DNA from: Eledone cirrhosa
Taxonomy: Eukaryota
DNA: 64,000 nucleotides
Direction: 5' to 3'
Assembly: GCA_964016885.1 (NCBI GenBank)
Contig: OZ024744.1
Coordinates: 106,392,001-106,456,000 of the forward strand
A model generated the notes under the pieces. The model ran no database searches and was not told where the DNA came from. It worked only from the letters and a program-made list of their open reading frames with translations. A program made the position numbers and the translations under genes. Within the stretch, counting starts at the first letter, position 1. The number at the start of each line of letters is the position of its first letter. Shown here one piece after another: positions 25,741 to 39,922 of the stretch.

Positions 25741-28700
25741 TTAGGGTGGGTCAAATTCCCGAGATTTATGGATGAGTTCTCTCCAGCGGTCTCTGTTCTT
25801 CATCACCGCCACCATGTCCTGCGTCTCCCAGAGAGCAGTGTCTGTGTCTGTCCTTAGGGCATCAACATATGTCAACCTCGGTCTCCCTCTTCTAGTGTGT
25901 CCGTGTAAGGACTCCCACAGGAGCACTAAGTGCAGTGTAAACTCTGAATGTCGGTGAGTATGTCCAGCTAACCTCAGTCTCTTACTTTTGAGCTGACTTT
26001 TGGGAGGCTCCCGTACAGCTCTGAGTTGTTCATCCTCAGTGTATACTGATTAATGTTCAGAGCCATCCTCAGCATTCTCGTGTAGCACCCATCCACCATC
26101 TGAGTGGACTGTAAGTGTGAGGACTATTAGGACGCTGGAGAAGAGAGAGGAATTCGGTCATCTGTTTGAGGAAAGTGGTATGCAGATCCTTGCGATCCAA
26201 GAACATAGGATCCTACATGATGAGCCCATGTAGAGAATTATGATTGGAAGGAGGAGCCGGCTCATTACCACATCAGCTAGGAGGAGTGGGTTTTGTGTTG
26301 AGTACAGGAGCCAACTTATTAGTGAGGGAGTTCATACCTATCTCTCCACGAGTTTTGAGGGTGACCCTCAATGATAACCAAAGGCTGTCATCTCAGCCTA
26401 TAGTCCAACCGACGGGGACAGTGATGAGAGTCGGAGGAGTTCGATAAGGATGTGTGTAGAGCTGTCAACACCACATGAGCTCACAGCATCCTGCTTGTTC
26501 TGGGGGACATATCAGATTAAGGAGAGTGTGTGTAGAGCTGTCAACACCACATGAGCTCACAGCATCCTGCTTGTTCTGGGGGACATATCTGATTAAGGGG
26601 AGTGTGTGTAGAGCTGTCAACACCACATGAGCTCACAGCATCCTGCTTGTTCTGGGGGACATATCAGATTAAGGAGAGTGTGTGTAGAGCTGTCAACACC
26701 ACATGAGCTCACAGCATCCTGCTTGTTCTGGGGGACATATCTGATTAAGGGGAGTGTGTGTAGAGCTGTCAACACCACATGAGCTCACAGCATCCTTCTT
26801 GTTCTGGGGGACATATCTGATTAAGGAGAGTGTGTGTAGAGCTGTCAACACCACATGAGCTCACAGCATCCTGCTTGTTCTGGGGGACATATCTGATTAA
26901 GGAGAGTGTGTGTAGAGCTGTCAACACCACATGAACTCACAGCATCCTGCTTGTTCTGGGGGACATATCTGATTAAGGAGAGTGTGTGTAGAGCTGTCAA
27001 CACCACATGAGCTCACAGCATCCTGCTTGTTCTGGGGGACATATCTGATTAAGGAGAGCAGTGAAGATCCTTGCTGGTACTTTCATAACAACACCAACTG
27101 AAATGGGAGACTAGTGAGGGACACACTGCTGGAGGTGAACCTGGTGGCAACCAACGTAAGGTTTAGGAAGAATCTGGGGAAGATGTGGAGCTTCATCTCT
27201 GATATGCGCCTGACCAGGTCCCAGGTTGATTTCATTCAGGTGAGAAGGAAGTGGTGGAATAGTGTTCTGTACACTGGGCAGTGACCACCGGCTTGTTATG
27301 AGTGAGGTCCGGGTGAGTTTAAGGAAGAGTAAAGCTCAACCCCGGAGAGCTATCTATGACTTGGGAGCTTTCAATGTAGATCATAAGCTACAAGAGAGGT
27401 ACACAGTAGAGGCGAGGAACAGGTTCAATGTACTATGAAGTGAGGTGGAGGAGAGAGATTGGAGGGACTGAGGAGAGTGTGACAAGGAAGTACAAGTACT
27501 TCACCAATGCAGTGGCAGAAACAAGTGAGACCCTGGTGCTGAGGAGGGAGAAGAAGAAGAAGCACGTCAGCTCTGCAGGCCCAAAAGTGTGTGCAGCCAG
27601 AGAACACCTGAAAGCTGCCAAGGACCAATTCTATGCTGATCCTACGGAGGAGAGGAAGGAGAATATGGAGGTGTTGAGGGAAGAACTCTGTACCGCTTAC
27701 ACTGAGGCCAGAGAGGAGGCACTGATAGAGAAGATCAGAAGTGTGGAGAGAGCAGTTGGCAGGTCTGGGTGTAAGGAGAGCTGGATGTTCAACGAGATTA
27801 CAGGGAAGAAAAGAGGGAGTTAAAGTCAGATCCAGGGAATAGGAAGAGGAAATGGCTGGACCATTTTAAGACCCTACTAGGAGAGCCGCCCTCCACAGCC
27901 CAGGACACTGGGGAGATCAGGCAGCTGTTTGAGGAACTGGATATTTAGACAGGATCCTTCACAAGAGAGGAGCTTCAGAGAATCAAGAAGATGATCAAGG
28001 TGGGCAAGGCTGATGGAGAAGATGGAGTGTCATCAGAGGTGATAAAGAGGTGTGATTATGATGATATCATCCTGGAGTTCTGTAACCAGGCACTGGAGAA
28101 AGGAGTTGCCCTGAATCAGTGGAGGATCAGTAACATCGTCCCAGTGCCAAAGAAGGGATATCTCTCTAACACCAACAACTATACTGACGTCACTTGTGGC
28201 AAAGACCCTCAACAGGATGATTCTTAACAGGATCTAGCCTGAGATGGAGAAGAAGCTCACATCAACCAGAATGGCTTCAGAGAGGAAAGATCAACCACCG
28301 GTCACTTCCTGCTGTCATGGTTTTCATTGACTTCAAGAAGGCCTTTGATTCCGTTGACCAAGACTGCCTGATGAAGATCTTACAGGCTTATGGAATCCCC
28401 AAGAAGATGGTGGACCTGATATCACTGCTCTACACCAACACCAAAGCCCAAGTCATCACATCTGCTGGGATGACGGAGTTCTTTGAGATACTGGCTGGAG
28501 TGCTCCAGGGAGATACATTGACTCCCTACTTTTTCATCATAACAGTGGACTATTTATTGTATGTGCTGTGCACTGGAGAAACACCAGGACTCTGGCTTTA
28601 CTGCAGCACTGGCTCAGAGTAGGAGAGTTAAGGCTAAAAAGATATCAGATGCTGAATTTACTGATGACATATTTCTGGTGACAAACACAGTGAAGGAGGC

Positions 28701-28752
28701 AGAGGAGTTGATGCAGGAGGTGGGGACAATGTTGATGAGTATGGAGCTGAGA
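25741..28752. mobile_element. RTE-clade LINE with inverted 5' segment
   Basis: 3' end on minus at 25741-26100 (YTRMLR, RRGRPRLTYVD, DRWR); EN-to-RT on plus at 26100-28752 (LAIQEHR, FIDFKKAFDSV, GVLQGDTL, FTDDI). Confidence 0.8.
26451..27058 (+). repeat. 76-bp minisatellite x8 inside RTE endonuclease region
   Basis: GCTGTCAACACC recurs at 26461, 26537, 26613, 26689, 26765, 26841, 26917, 26993; the unit contains the LLVLGD motif. Confidence 0.95.
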
Positions 28753-28768
28753 ATATATATATATATAT

Positions 28769-29110
28769 GGAGGCACATGGCTTAGTAGTTAGAGCATTGG
28801 CCTTGCAATCAAAAGGTTGTGAGTTCAATTCTCAGACCGGGTGATGTGTTGTTTCCTTGAGCAAGACACTTTATTTCACATTGCTCCAGTTTACTCAGCT
28901 GTAGAAATGAGATGATAGGGACTAGGGTCCATATCATTCCACTGCAAAGTGGACGTGGAGGTGCCACGACAAAAAAGCACCCAGCACTCACTGTAAATGA
29001 GGTTGGTGTTAGGAAGGGTATCCAGCTGTACAAATCAAGCCAGCATCAATTCCCGTCCCACCCTTGCAAGCAGGGAAAAGTGGACGTAAAATGAAATGAT
29101 GATGATGATG
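28769..29110 (+). mobile_element. tRNA-CORE SINE
   Basis: Near-identical to 12746-13098. Confidence 0.9.
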
Positions 29111-29461
29111 ATATATATATATAAATACATTATCGGAGGAAGCTTTTAGCGACACTCCGGCCAAATCCCAACTCACTCAACAAACATTAGGAAATAAGTG
29201 AGTATATTCCTAATTAAACGTTCGGGCTGCTAACTAATTCTATTGTGTGGAAAATTGGCTGTATAAGATCAGCAGATATATATATTCAAGTGGGCTCTTA
29301 TAATTCTTCAGTGGGTACCCAATAATACTAATATTGAAAATCAAATCAATATCAGTATTTAGCGATAATCACCATCAGTGCTTGAGGTATCTGCTAGGTT
29401 GTTACTCGAGCAGTTCTAAAGAAATACTCAAACTGATTCAAAAATGAGGAAGTATATTACC

Positions 29462-29526
<65 letters not shown>

Positions 29527-29809
29527 GTATATACATATGTAAACCCATGCAAACGTGGAAGATGGACGTTAAACGATGATGATGATGATATATATGTATC
29601 ACCAACATGATCACTTTACAGAGAAAACTATCATATACTTTAGTTGTTAAGTGCAACACTTAATAATTATCTTAATTAACTACCAACACAAACACTAATT
29701 ATATGCAAATTAGTATCCCCATTTCAGTAATATTACTATATGTGATAACATATATAAACACCTTGATTACCTATTTCCTTGTGGTTGTTTAGAATATATA
29801 TAAATATAT

Positions 29810-30235
29810 ACTAGCCGAATTACCCGCGCCTTGCTGCGTTTCACACATTTTTTTTTGTAAGAAAATGATGATTGATTTTAAATCAGTGATATAATTTATG
29901 GAGAAAAACTCTGCATTTCAATATTACTCAATATAAAATGTAATTCATGAAAAATTGGAAAACAAATAATTTTTTTCAAAATATCAATTCAAAACTTTTG
30001 TGAATAGGCATCATATCTTGTCATTTACCTATGGTTTAAATTTCATATAAATCAAAGGGAAAAACTTTTCAGCAGGGGTTTGTGCCCCCGGGGAACCCGT
30101 TGATTAAAATGAAATATACTTATCCAAGTACCCTGGGCAAAATAGTTTCAGAATATATATGGTTATAGGGGTCTATCTCCAAAACCATAGAAGGAGTTTG
30201 TGAACAAACAAACAAACAGACAAGATTATTTACTC
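29810..30235 (-). mobile_element. Non-autonomous Helitron-like element
   Basis: Minus-strand end GC-rich hairpin...CTAGT at 29810-29840; (TTTG/TCTG)n subterminal repeat near 30205-30222. Confidence 0.55.
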
Positions 30236-30243
30236 ACACACAC

Positions 30244-30282
<39 letters not shown>

Positions 30283-30312
30283 GTTATGTAATAAACAACA
30301 TAAGGCAATTAT

Positions 30313-30370
30313 TCCATTTACCAGTGGTTTCTTAAAAGCAAAAGATTTTGCTTTCAATCCTCAGAATGAA
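30313..30370 (-). ncRNA. Type I hammerhead ribozyme (CUGAGGA family) in Penelope-like pLTR
   Basis: UUCAUU-CUGAGGA-stem II (UUGAAAGCAA/UUGCUUUUAA)-GAAACC ACU GGU-A-AAUGGA; GUA triplet. Confidence 0.75.
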
Positions 30371-30529
30371 AAAATCCTGGTCTGTTTATTGAATTTGGAT
30401 TTTAAAAACAAAAATGCAATCTATATGAAAGTGAGGCTGGAGAAGGAAGAAGGAAAGGAAAAATAAAATAAAACTACACATGCAAACACACACACAAAAA
30501 CACAAAAGCATACATACACACACACACAC

Positions 30530-30566
<37 letters not shown>

Positions 30567-30827
30567 CATATATATATACATATATATATACATATACATA
30601 CACTCATACATACACACACACATATACACACATATATGTGTATATAAATATGAGCTCTGCCGTCGGGGTCATACTTTTTCCTATTTTCCACTCTACTACC
30701 CTAAGTATTGAGTACTCTGGTGCGTTATGGTCCATCTGGTTCCTTACCACAATTCCTTTGTTATTTATATATATATATCTTCTAAACAACCATAAGGAAG
30801 TAGGTAATCAAGGTGTTTATATATGTT

Positions 30828-33350
30828 ATCATCATCATCATCATCATCATCATCATTTTACGTCCGCTCTTCCCTGCTTGCAAGGGTGGGACGGATCTTA
30901 TTCAGCACATCATCTCTCCACTTGTCACGGTCCTTCGTCATCTCCACCGTGAGCTTCAGCGATCTGAGGTCTGTTCTCACCATCTCCGCCTATGTTTTTC
31001 GTGGTCTATCTCTACCACGTCTTCCGTCAACTGGCATTTCCTGGCACTTATTCACCCATCAGTCATCCTCCATGCGCATCACATGTCCATACCACCTCAG
31101 TCTCTTCTCTTGCTCATCCAACGGAGCATACTTGCTTCATTTCTCTCCAGCCATCGCATATCCTCTGCAGTTGCTGTCCATCTCTCACTACCATACAGTA
31201 TCGCGCTCCTCACACAGGCATCATATAACCGTCCTTTCGTACACAGGGAGAAACCCTTCTTCGTCAGCAGAGGAACTAGCTCCCTAAACTTCTTCCAACC
31301 CGTCCTTATTCTAGATACTATGGCCTCGGAACACCCCCCTCCCATGCTAATCTGATCTCCTAGGTACCGGAAGCTATCCACCACTTCTATAGCGCCCTCC
31401 TGCATTTGAAAAATGTGTCTATCAATGCGATTTCTACTGTCTAATTTCCGTGTACATCTACTGCATACGTATTTCTCCCTACCTGTTAGTTTGCCTGCAA
31501 TCCCGCTACATCTCTTGTGTACCCAGGATCTGCATTGTATGCATTTTATAGAATTTATGCCAGTTCCTTTTCTGCATATCGAACATGGCCATTTCCCTGA
31601 CGGAATCAGAGTTTTGTCCTCTTTTCTACTCATCAACACTTTTGTCTTAGCTAGCTTCACTCTCAGTCCTCTTGCTTCCAACTACTGTTTCCATAGCCAG
31701 AATTTATTCTCTAGCTCCTCTACTGATTCTGCTATAAGAACCAGATCGTCAGCATAGAGAAGTTCCCATGGACATCCAGTCTTAAACTCCTGTTATGGCT
31801 TGGAGGACTATAATAAACAAGAGCGGGCTGAGGACCGAACCTTGATGTACACCTACTTGTATCTGGAATTCCTCACTAAACACCATTCCTACCCTGACTT
31901 TACTGACAGTACCTCTGTACAAAGTTTGCACTGTCCTCACAAGCCATTCCTCAACACCTAGTTTCCTTAGGGACCATCAGATGACAGATCGGGGTACCCT
32001 ATCAAAGCCTTCTCTAGGTCAACAAAGGCTAAGTATAGTGGCTTATTTTTCTCTAAGAACCTCTCTTGTAATTGTGTCACCAAGAAGAGGGCATCTGTTG
32101 TACTCTTCCCAGGCACAAAACCAAACTGCATCTCATCTAGTTTGACCCTTTCTCTAATTAGTTGTGTTAATATCCTTTCTGCCACTTTCATAACCTGATC
32201 CATCAGTTTTATACCCCTATAATTTTGCCCCTCCAGAGCTTCCCCTTTACCTTTGTAGCAATTTATGAGAATACTGCTGCACCAGTCTTTGGGTATGACA
32301 CCACCATATATAGCCTGATTGATGATGCGTGCAACCAGTTTAGTGCCTACATCCCCTGATGCCTTCAGCATCTCAGCAACTATTCCCGATGCTCCAGTAG
32401 CCTTACCATTTTTCATTTCCTTAATCGCCTCTTGGACCCTATATTCGTTAATCTCAATAGCTGGTCCCTCTGTCGGATCTACTGAGGGTAATTTCTCTCT
32501 CTCCCATTCGTTCTTCACATTCATCAGTCTCTCATAATGACATTTCCAGGCCTCTTTTTTCTGATCATTCGTGACACTAAGTACACCGGCATCATTCCGG
32601 AGACATTTATCTCCAACAACATCCTGATTTGCATTGACACACTGCCTTGCAATGTGGAACACTGCACGCCTCTGATCTTCCCGTCGCAGAACATTGGTAA
32701 ACCTCCTACTCTCAGCCTACCTGCGTGCTAAGTACACCTGACGTCTAACTTCTCTCTCAGCGGCTGTATATCCTTCCCTACTCCCACCCTTTTTCCAAGC
32801 CTTCCATGCTAGTCTTTTGTCTCTAATGGCCTTATCTACTGTGCTGTTCCACCACCAGGTCACTCTCTGTCTGGTTGGAGCTCTGCTCCAGTCACAAGTT
32901 TCATCAGTAGCCTGTAGTAAGTTGTCACGTAAGAAATTCCAGTTATTATCTATGTCATACGTCTCTAAATCGTCTTCTTTTTCGTCATACACATCTTGAA
33001 GGGCTTTCCTAAATTTGTATTTTAGTGAAAGGTCTTTTAGCTTCCAGACCTTTCTTCTCCACACCTTCCTGTATGTCTCATTCCATCTCTTACTTACTGA
33101 GATATCACTAACGACTAATCTATACTGTGGGGTACATTCTTCCCCAGGGTATGCCTTAGTATTAGACACTATCTGCCTGTTCCGCTGCCTAACTAGTAAG
33201 AAGTCAATCTGGCTTATGTGCTCGCCAGATTTGTAGGTTATTAGGTGGTTGGCAGGTTTCTGGAAGTTAGTGTTGCAAATAGTCAGTGTACTGGCATCAC
33301 AAAATTTAAGAAGTCTCACTCCTTCACACAAAATTCAAGAAGTCTCAATC
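30828..33350 (-). mobile_element. RTE family B, 5'-truncated, disrupted
   Basis: ORFs 32717-33331, 31967-32662, 31097-31681 (PHD); short 3' end CCCGTCCCACCCTTGCAAGCAGGGAA-like + (GAT)n. Confidence 0.93.
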
Positions 33351-33399
33351 CTATATATATATATATATAGTTATGTAATAAACAACATAAGGCAATTAT

Positions 33400-33457
33400 T
33401 CCATTTACCAGTGGTTTCTTAAAAGCAAAAAATGTTGCTTTCAATCCTCAGAATGAA
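33400..33457 (-). ncRNA. Type I hammerhead ribozyme (CUGAGGA family)
   Basis: Same fold as 30313-30370; lies in pLTR copy 33370-33570. Confidence 0.75.
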
Positions 33458-33669
33458 AAAATCCTGGTCTGTTTATTGAATTTGGATTTTAAAAACAAAA
33501 ATGCAATCTATATGAAAGTGAGGCTGGAGAAAGAAGAAGGAAAGGAAAAATAAAATAAAACCACACATGCAAACACACACACACACACACACAAAAGCAT
33601 ACATACACACACACACACATATATATATATATTAAGAGAGTAAATGTGTGTATGTATTTCCCATTTCCC

Positions 33670-34851
33670 AGGCGGCGGTCCCTTCTGGGAAATGGTCGTG
33701 CTCGGTGTGTAGGAAAGGCGTAGGTAGAAACTCCATTTTATGTCCTAAATGCAAAGTATGGGTGCATAAAAGATGTAGTGGGATCACAGGTAAGCTAACT
33801 AAGAACATAGATTTTACATGTGGCCGGTGTTCTGGTGCAATAAGTAGCAGCAAGTGCCCACAAAATACTAGCTCTTTCAATTGCGCAGAGGGTTCTATAG
33901 AAATAGTGGACAGCTTCCGTTACCTGGGCGATAAAATCAGCAGTGGGGGAGGGTGCTCTGAAAGTACTGTAGCTAGAGTCAGAACTGGTTGGAAAAAGTT
34001 CAGAGAACTTATACCACTATTAGCTGCTAAAGGGTTCTCCCTAAAAATGAAAGGCAGGTTGTACGATGCCTGCATACGAACAGCAATGTTGCATGGCAGT
34101 GAGACCTGGGCATTGTGTGCAGAGGATATACGCAGACTAGAGAGGAACGAAGCTTGCATGCTCCGCTGGATGTGTAACAGTAATATACGTGAACGGCAAA
34201 GCATAAACGAACTAAGGAAAAAATTAGAGATAAGAGGGATCAGATGTTGTTTACTCGAGAGAAGGCTACGTTGGTATGGACACGTGATGCGCATGAAAGA
34301 CGATAGCTGTATAACAAAGTGCAGGGCAATAAAGATAGACGGTAGCCACGGAATAGGCAGACCTAGAAAAACCTGGGACGAGCTGATAAACTCCGACCTC
34401 ACACACTTACACCTCTCCAAGACAATGTCACTGGACCGAGACCTTTGGCGGTACTCAGTAACAGAGAAGACCCGCCTTGCCAGTAGGCATCTCTAACAAA
34501 ATACACCCCGTCCCGCCACCACCCCCACCCATCCACACCACCCCGTCCTATGTAAAGTTATGTTGGTGCCGCGCCATCCAGGCCGAAACAAATGAGATCG
34601 TGTAGGTGTCACGACAAAAAAACACACAGTCCACGCTGTAATGTGGCCGTGTAGGCAACACGGTAAAAACCTCCCAGACCCACACTGTAAATGTGGTTGG
34701 TGTTAGGAAGGGCATCCAACTGTAGAAAACCTGCCAGACAGTCCTATGCGAGCAAGACAATCACTCTTGCCTCAAGTGGGACTACCCCCGTCCAAACCCA
34801 TGCAAGCGTGGAACACGGACGTTAAACGTTGATGATGATGATGATGATGAT
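33670..34851 (+). mobile_element. RTE family A 3' part (PHD, C-terminus, 3'UTR)
   Basis: Open frame to stop at 34496; modular 3'UTR; (GAT)n tail. Confidence 0.93.
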
Positions 34852-34857
34852 GTATGA

Positions 34858-34921
<64 letters not shown>

Positions 34922-35000
34922 ATATATATATATATATGTGTGTGTGTATATATATATATATATATGTGTATGTATATATATATATATATATATGTGTATG

Positions 35001-35033
<33 letters not shown>

Positions 35034-35058
35034 ATATATATGTGTGTATGTATGAGTG

Positions 35059-35108
<50 letters not shown>

Positions 35109-35245
35109 CACTCATACATACACATATATACACATATATGTGTATATAAATACACACATACACATACATACATACGCACATAAATATCAACACATCTATA
35201 CATACACATACATATATACAACCACACACATATATATATATAAAA

Positions 35246-35297
<52 letters not shown>

Positions 35298-35877
35298 GCA
35301 TACACATACACATACATAGCCATACACACACACATATACATACATACATACATGCACACAATCATACCTATATACGCACGTACATATATACACTCCTCTA
35401 CATATTCACACACGCAAATAAATATAAGAAAAAATATATATAAAAAAATAAAATAATAATAAAGATTATTATAGAGTTGACAGCGATACAGGTAGATGAA
35501 CAGACACGCATGGTAAGTAATACACACAAATGCACGTATACATACGTGCGAGATAATAAATACATACACACACTCTCACACATAAATATACATATACAAA
35601 TACATAAACACATACATACACATACACAAATGCATACACAAACACGCACACGCACACACACACACACACATACACACGTATACAATTATACACACACATA
35701 TACACATACATATATATATATATATAAATACACACACACATATATAAGTATACATACACACACATACATACATAGCTATACAATTATACACATACAAATA
35801 CGTACATATCATAAACACGCACAACCAAATACAAACACACACACATACACACATATATATATATATGTGTGTGTGTA

Positions 35878-36057
35878 AAACTCAATCTTAGATAATTCAT
35901 ATGAACCTTACATATACATATATATAGTAGTAATGTAATAAGCAACATAAGGCAATTATTCCATTCACCAGTGGTTTCTTAAAAGCAAAAAAAATTTGCC
36001 TTCAATCCTCAGAATGAAAAAAACCTGGTCTATCTACATATACATATATATACACAC

Positions 36058-36092
<35 letters not shown>

Positions 36093-37364
36093 TACATACA
36101 CATACATATTGGTATGTGACGGGTAAGGCAAAAATAATATATGGGGGGGGGGGGGGCATAAGAAAAGGTGAAACATAAGGGGAGATAAGGGAGAAAAAAA
36201 ATACAAGAGTACAGAACGTGGATTCAGCAAATAAAAAAAACCGTAGCAGAAGTAAAGAGCAGGAAAGGAGTTCAAGGCGGTTGATTTATCATAGGAGTGT
36301 CAATCCAGTTACAGATCAGATGTGATTTCAGATGAGGACAGCATCTGAAGATCTCACTCAGTCTTTGAGTTAAGGCAAGCGGGAGTGGCTCTCAAGTTTA
36401 GCAAAATCCTATATTTTTCTGTGGTACACAAAGAACAATTCTTTGTGCCCGTTTGGTACTCCCTCGAATGGTCTAAGATAGACCAATCGATAGAGTACGG
36501 GATGTTACTATCCTTGAATTCCCACACCTTACTTGCGAGGGCCGTTGATGTTCATTTATCGGAGTGCTTAAAAGAAGCGACATGTGAGTAAAATCTGGTT
36601 TTACACCTGTCCTGGGTCATACCGACATATCGCTCACTCCTGGCTGGCTGGTTGTTGATTACCGGTGTTATTTTAGCCTCATAAACAACAGATTTGGTGT
36701 TACATTTGCCCTGCAATGGGCATTCATCCGGCTTCCTGCAACTGCATCCTGGATTTGTTCTCGTATGATTTGAACTGGTGATCTTGGACTTCATAGATGG
36801 GCAACAAGAGTAACTGATCTTAACTACGTTCCTATTAAATATCTTATAATATCTATAATTAGGAGGAAAATGTTGTCTAAGAGTTCAAGGAATTTCCTTC
36901 CTACATTAGTTTTGACAGTTAGAGAGAAGGGGGATGTGAACCAAATAATCTTCCTTTTCCTGTTATTGTGGTTAGGGGGGGGGGGGGGTAAATAAGAAAT
37001 GTTTTCTGTAAAACCGCTGTTCTTAAGGGCTTTATTTAAAATGTCTATAGACGAATATAAGGTAGAAATCCTACGGCTAATGTTAGGAATAAGATTATTA
37101 AAAACTATAGGGGGATGGCAAGTCTCTTTGTGTATATACCTAAGATTTTCATTAGGTTTATGATAGGATACCATTATGTATGTGTGTGTATATATATGTA
37201 TATGTAGATAGACCAGGTTTTTTTCATTCTGAGGATTGAAGGCAACATTTTTTTGCTTTTAAGAAACCACTGGTGAATGGAATAATTGCCTTATGTTGCT
37301 TATTACATTACTACTATATATATGTATATGTAAGGTTCATATGAATTATCTAAGATTGAGTTTT

Positions 37365-37366
<2 letters not shown>
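35878..37366 (-). mobile_element. Penelope-like element (Neptune-like), 5'-truncated, with inverted pLTR
   Basis: RT thumb (YHKPN...HPP), KRKIIWF, CSCRKPDECPLQGKC, VVYEA...YVGMT...RFYSH (GIY-YIG); pLTR 35878-36060 is mirrored at 37178-37366. Confidence 0.9.
35960..36018 (-). ncRNA. Hammerhead motif (CUGAGGA family, GUG triplet)
   Basis: Same fold as the other family members, but the cleavage triplet is GUG; mirror copy at 37223-37280 plus. Confidence 0.65.
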
Positions 37367-37432
<66 letters not shown>

Positions 37433-37982
37433 TTTACATTCATATAAATTATTGATTTATTGATATTTTATCTGAGTGATCCGAATCTTCCTGGTCGTTA
37501 TTTTTCGGCTGCATGGGTGATTTTAGGCATAATCTTTGAGTGTTGGTATTTTAACGATAGTTATAGTTCTGATTTATCTGAATTATTGAGCCCTCTGCCA
37601 CTCATGTCGGATTTGTTTATCGTAAATTCGTGAGCTGATTTTCCGATACTCGATTATTCTATTATATATATATGTAGGAGGTGAGTTTTATTGTAGTACA
37701 ATAAAGCAATGCAGATATCGGATAAGAAGCACTCTACAGTTTATAGGACTGGAATATACATAATATATAAGATCAAAAGATGGTTAAAGGAGTTCCATGT
37801 ATTTTATTATGCGCATTTCAAAAACAAACATCATCATGCAATAATATTTGTGTTTTCATCAGATAAAACAGGAGAACATGATATGAAGGCTAAAAAACAC
37901 TTGTGGATAGTGCAGTTGGATATGTTGATTTAAAACTGCACTATCCACAAGTGTTTTTTAGCCTTCATATCATGTTCTCCTG

Positions 37983-38049
37983 TTTTATCTGATGAAAACA
38001 CAAATATTATTGCATGATGATGTTTGTTTTTGAAATGCGCATAATAAAA
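37983..38049 (+). ncRNA. Type I hammerhead ribozyme, family 2 (copies 37801-37868 minus, 39626-39692 plus)
   Basis: UUUUAU-CUGAUGA-long stem II-GAA-AUGCGCAU (palindromic stem III)-A-AUAAAA. Confidence 0.78.
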
Positions 38050-38214
38050 TACATGGAACTCCTTTAACCATCTTTTGATCTTATATATTATATATATATA
38101 TATATATAATAGAATAATCGAGTATCGGAAAATCAACTTTTTAATCAACTTTTAAATGGAAGTTGAAGTGTAAGGTATGTCAAATCTATCTATTTATAAG
38201 ACTGTTTATATTGT

Positions 38215-38278
38215 ATTTTGTCTGATGAAGGCATACCATATTTTTAATATGATATCCCTGAAATATATATAATGAAAT
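38215..38278 (+). ncRNA. Type I hammerhead ribozyme, family 3 (copy 38758-38821)
   Basis: AUUUUGU-CUGAUGA-AGG...CCU-GAA-AUAUAUAU-A-AUGAAAU; lies in direct repeats 38160-38320/38708-38864. Confidence 0.7.
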
Positions 38279-38320
38279 AAATATGGTTTTATAAATATAG
38301 TTTCCATTTATTTAATATCG

Positions 38321-38353
<33 letters not shown>

Positions 38354-39387
38354 ATGTGTGTGTGTTTGTATTTGGTTGTGCGTGTTTATATGTACGTATT
38401 TGTATGTGTATAATTGTATAGCTATGTATGTATGTGTGTGTGTATGTATACTTATATATGTGTGTCTCCCTCTCTCCTCTCTTCTCTCTCTCTCTCTCTA
38501 TCTATCTCCCTCTGTGTTTTTTCCTCTCTCTATATATCTCTCTCTGTTTCTTTACATGAATTTCTTCTCTCTCTCTATCTCTCTATATCTATCTCTCTCT
38601 ATTTAGTTGCATGCATTTCTTCTTTTTCTCCGTTTTTTCTTTTTTTCTTTTTATAACTGTCCCTAATATTTTTTCCACTACCAATTCAACTTTTCAAATT
38701 GATGTCGAAGTTGAAAGGTATGTCGAATCTATCTATTTATAAGACTGTTTATATTGTATTTTGTCTGATGAAGGCATACCATATTTTTAATATGATATCC
38801 CTGAAATATATATAATGAAATAAATATGGTTTTATAAATATAGTTTCCATTTATTTAATATCGTAAATATACTCCAAATACTTGTTGAGTGCTTTTATAT
38901 CAGTTATAAATATTTACTCGTTGTTAACCCAACAATTTAAATAAAACTTTGCATATATGTATGTGTATATGTGTGTGTATAATTGTATACGTGTGTGTGT
39001 GTGTGTGTGTGTGCGTGTTTGTGCATGTATTTGTGTATGTGTATGTATGTGTTTATGTATTTGTATATGTATATTTATGTGTGAGAGTGTGTGTATGTAT
39101 TTACTATCTCGTACGTATGTATACGTGCATTTGTGTGTATTACTTACCACGCGTGTCTGTTCATCTCCCTGTATCGCTGTCAACTCTATAATAATCTTTA
39201 TTATTATTTTATTTTTTTATATATATTTTTTCTTATATTTATTTGCGTGTGAATATGTAGAGGAGTGTATATTTTTCTAATTTTGTACATGCATATGTAC
39301 GCATTTATGTATGTGTGTATATAGGTATGATTGTGTGCATGTATGTATATGTATGTGTGTATGGCTATGTATGTGTATGTGTATACA

Positions 39388-39427
<40 letters not shown>

Positions 39428-39735
39428 GGAGGTGAGTTTTATTGTAGTACAATAAAGCAATGCAGATATCGGATATCTCCTCCCCTTTTTCATCCTTCCC
39501 CCCCCCCCTCTCTAAATAAAATATTTTTCCCAATATCACACATCAATCTAAAACCACTTTTCATATGTTGATTTAAAACTGCACTATCCACAAGTGTTTT
39601 TTAGCCTTCATATCATGTTCTCCTGTTTTATCTGATGAAAACACAAATATTATTGCATGATGATGTTTGTTTTTGAAATGCGCATAATAAAATACATGGA
39701 ACTCCTTTAACCATCTTTTGATCTTATATTATATA

Positions 39736-39768
<33 letters not shown>

Positions 39769-39887
39769 CTATATATATATATGTGTATGTATGGATGTGT
39801 TGATATTTATGTGCGTATGTATGTGTATATGTATGTGTATGTGTGTATTTATATACACATAAATATGTGTATATATGTGTGTGTATG

Positions 39888-39922
<35 letters not shown>

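Noticed and set aside
14500-33350. 14500-15260 and 30828-33350 as two halves of one split element
   Set aside because: The ends overlap by similarity, but their order is wrong for a minus-strand element split by insertions; more likely separate copies.
34772-35878. Long ORFs rich in YI/CV/HT
   Set aside because: Translations of (TA)n/(CA)n/(TG)n microsatellites; the same applies to similar ORFs throughout the window.
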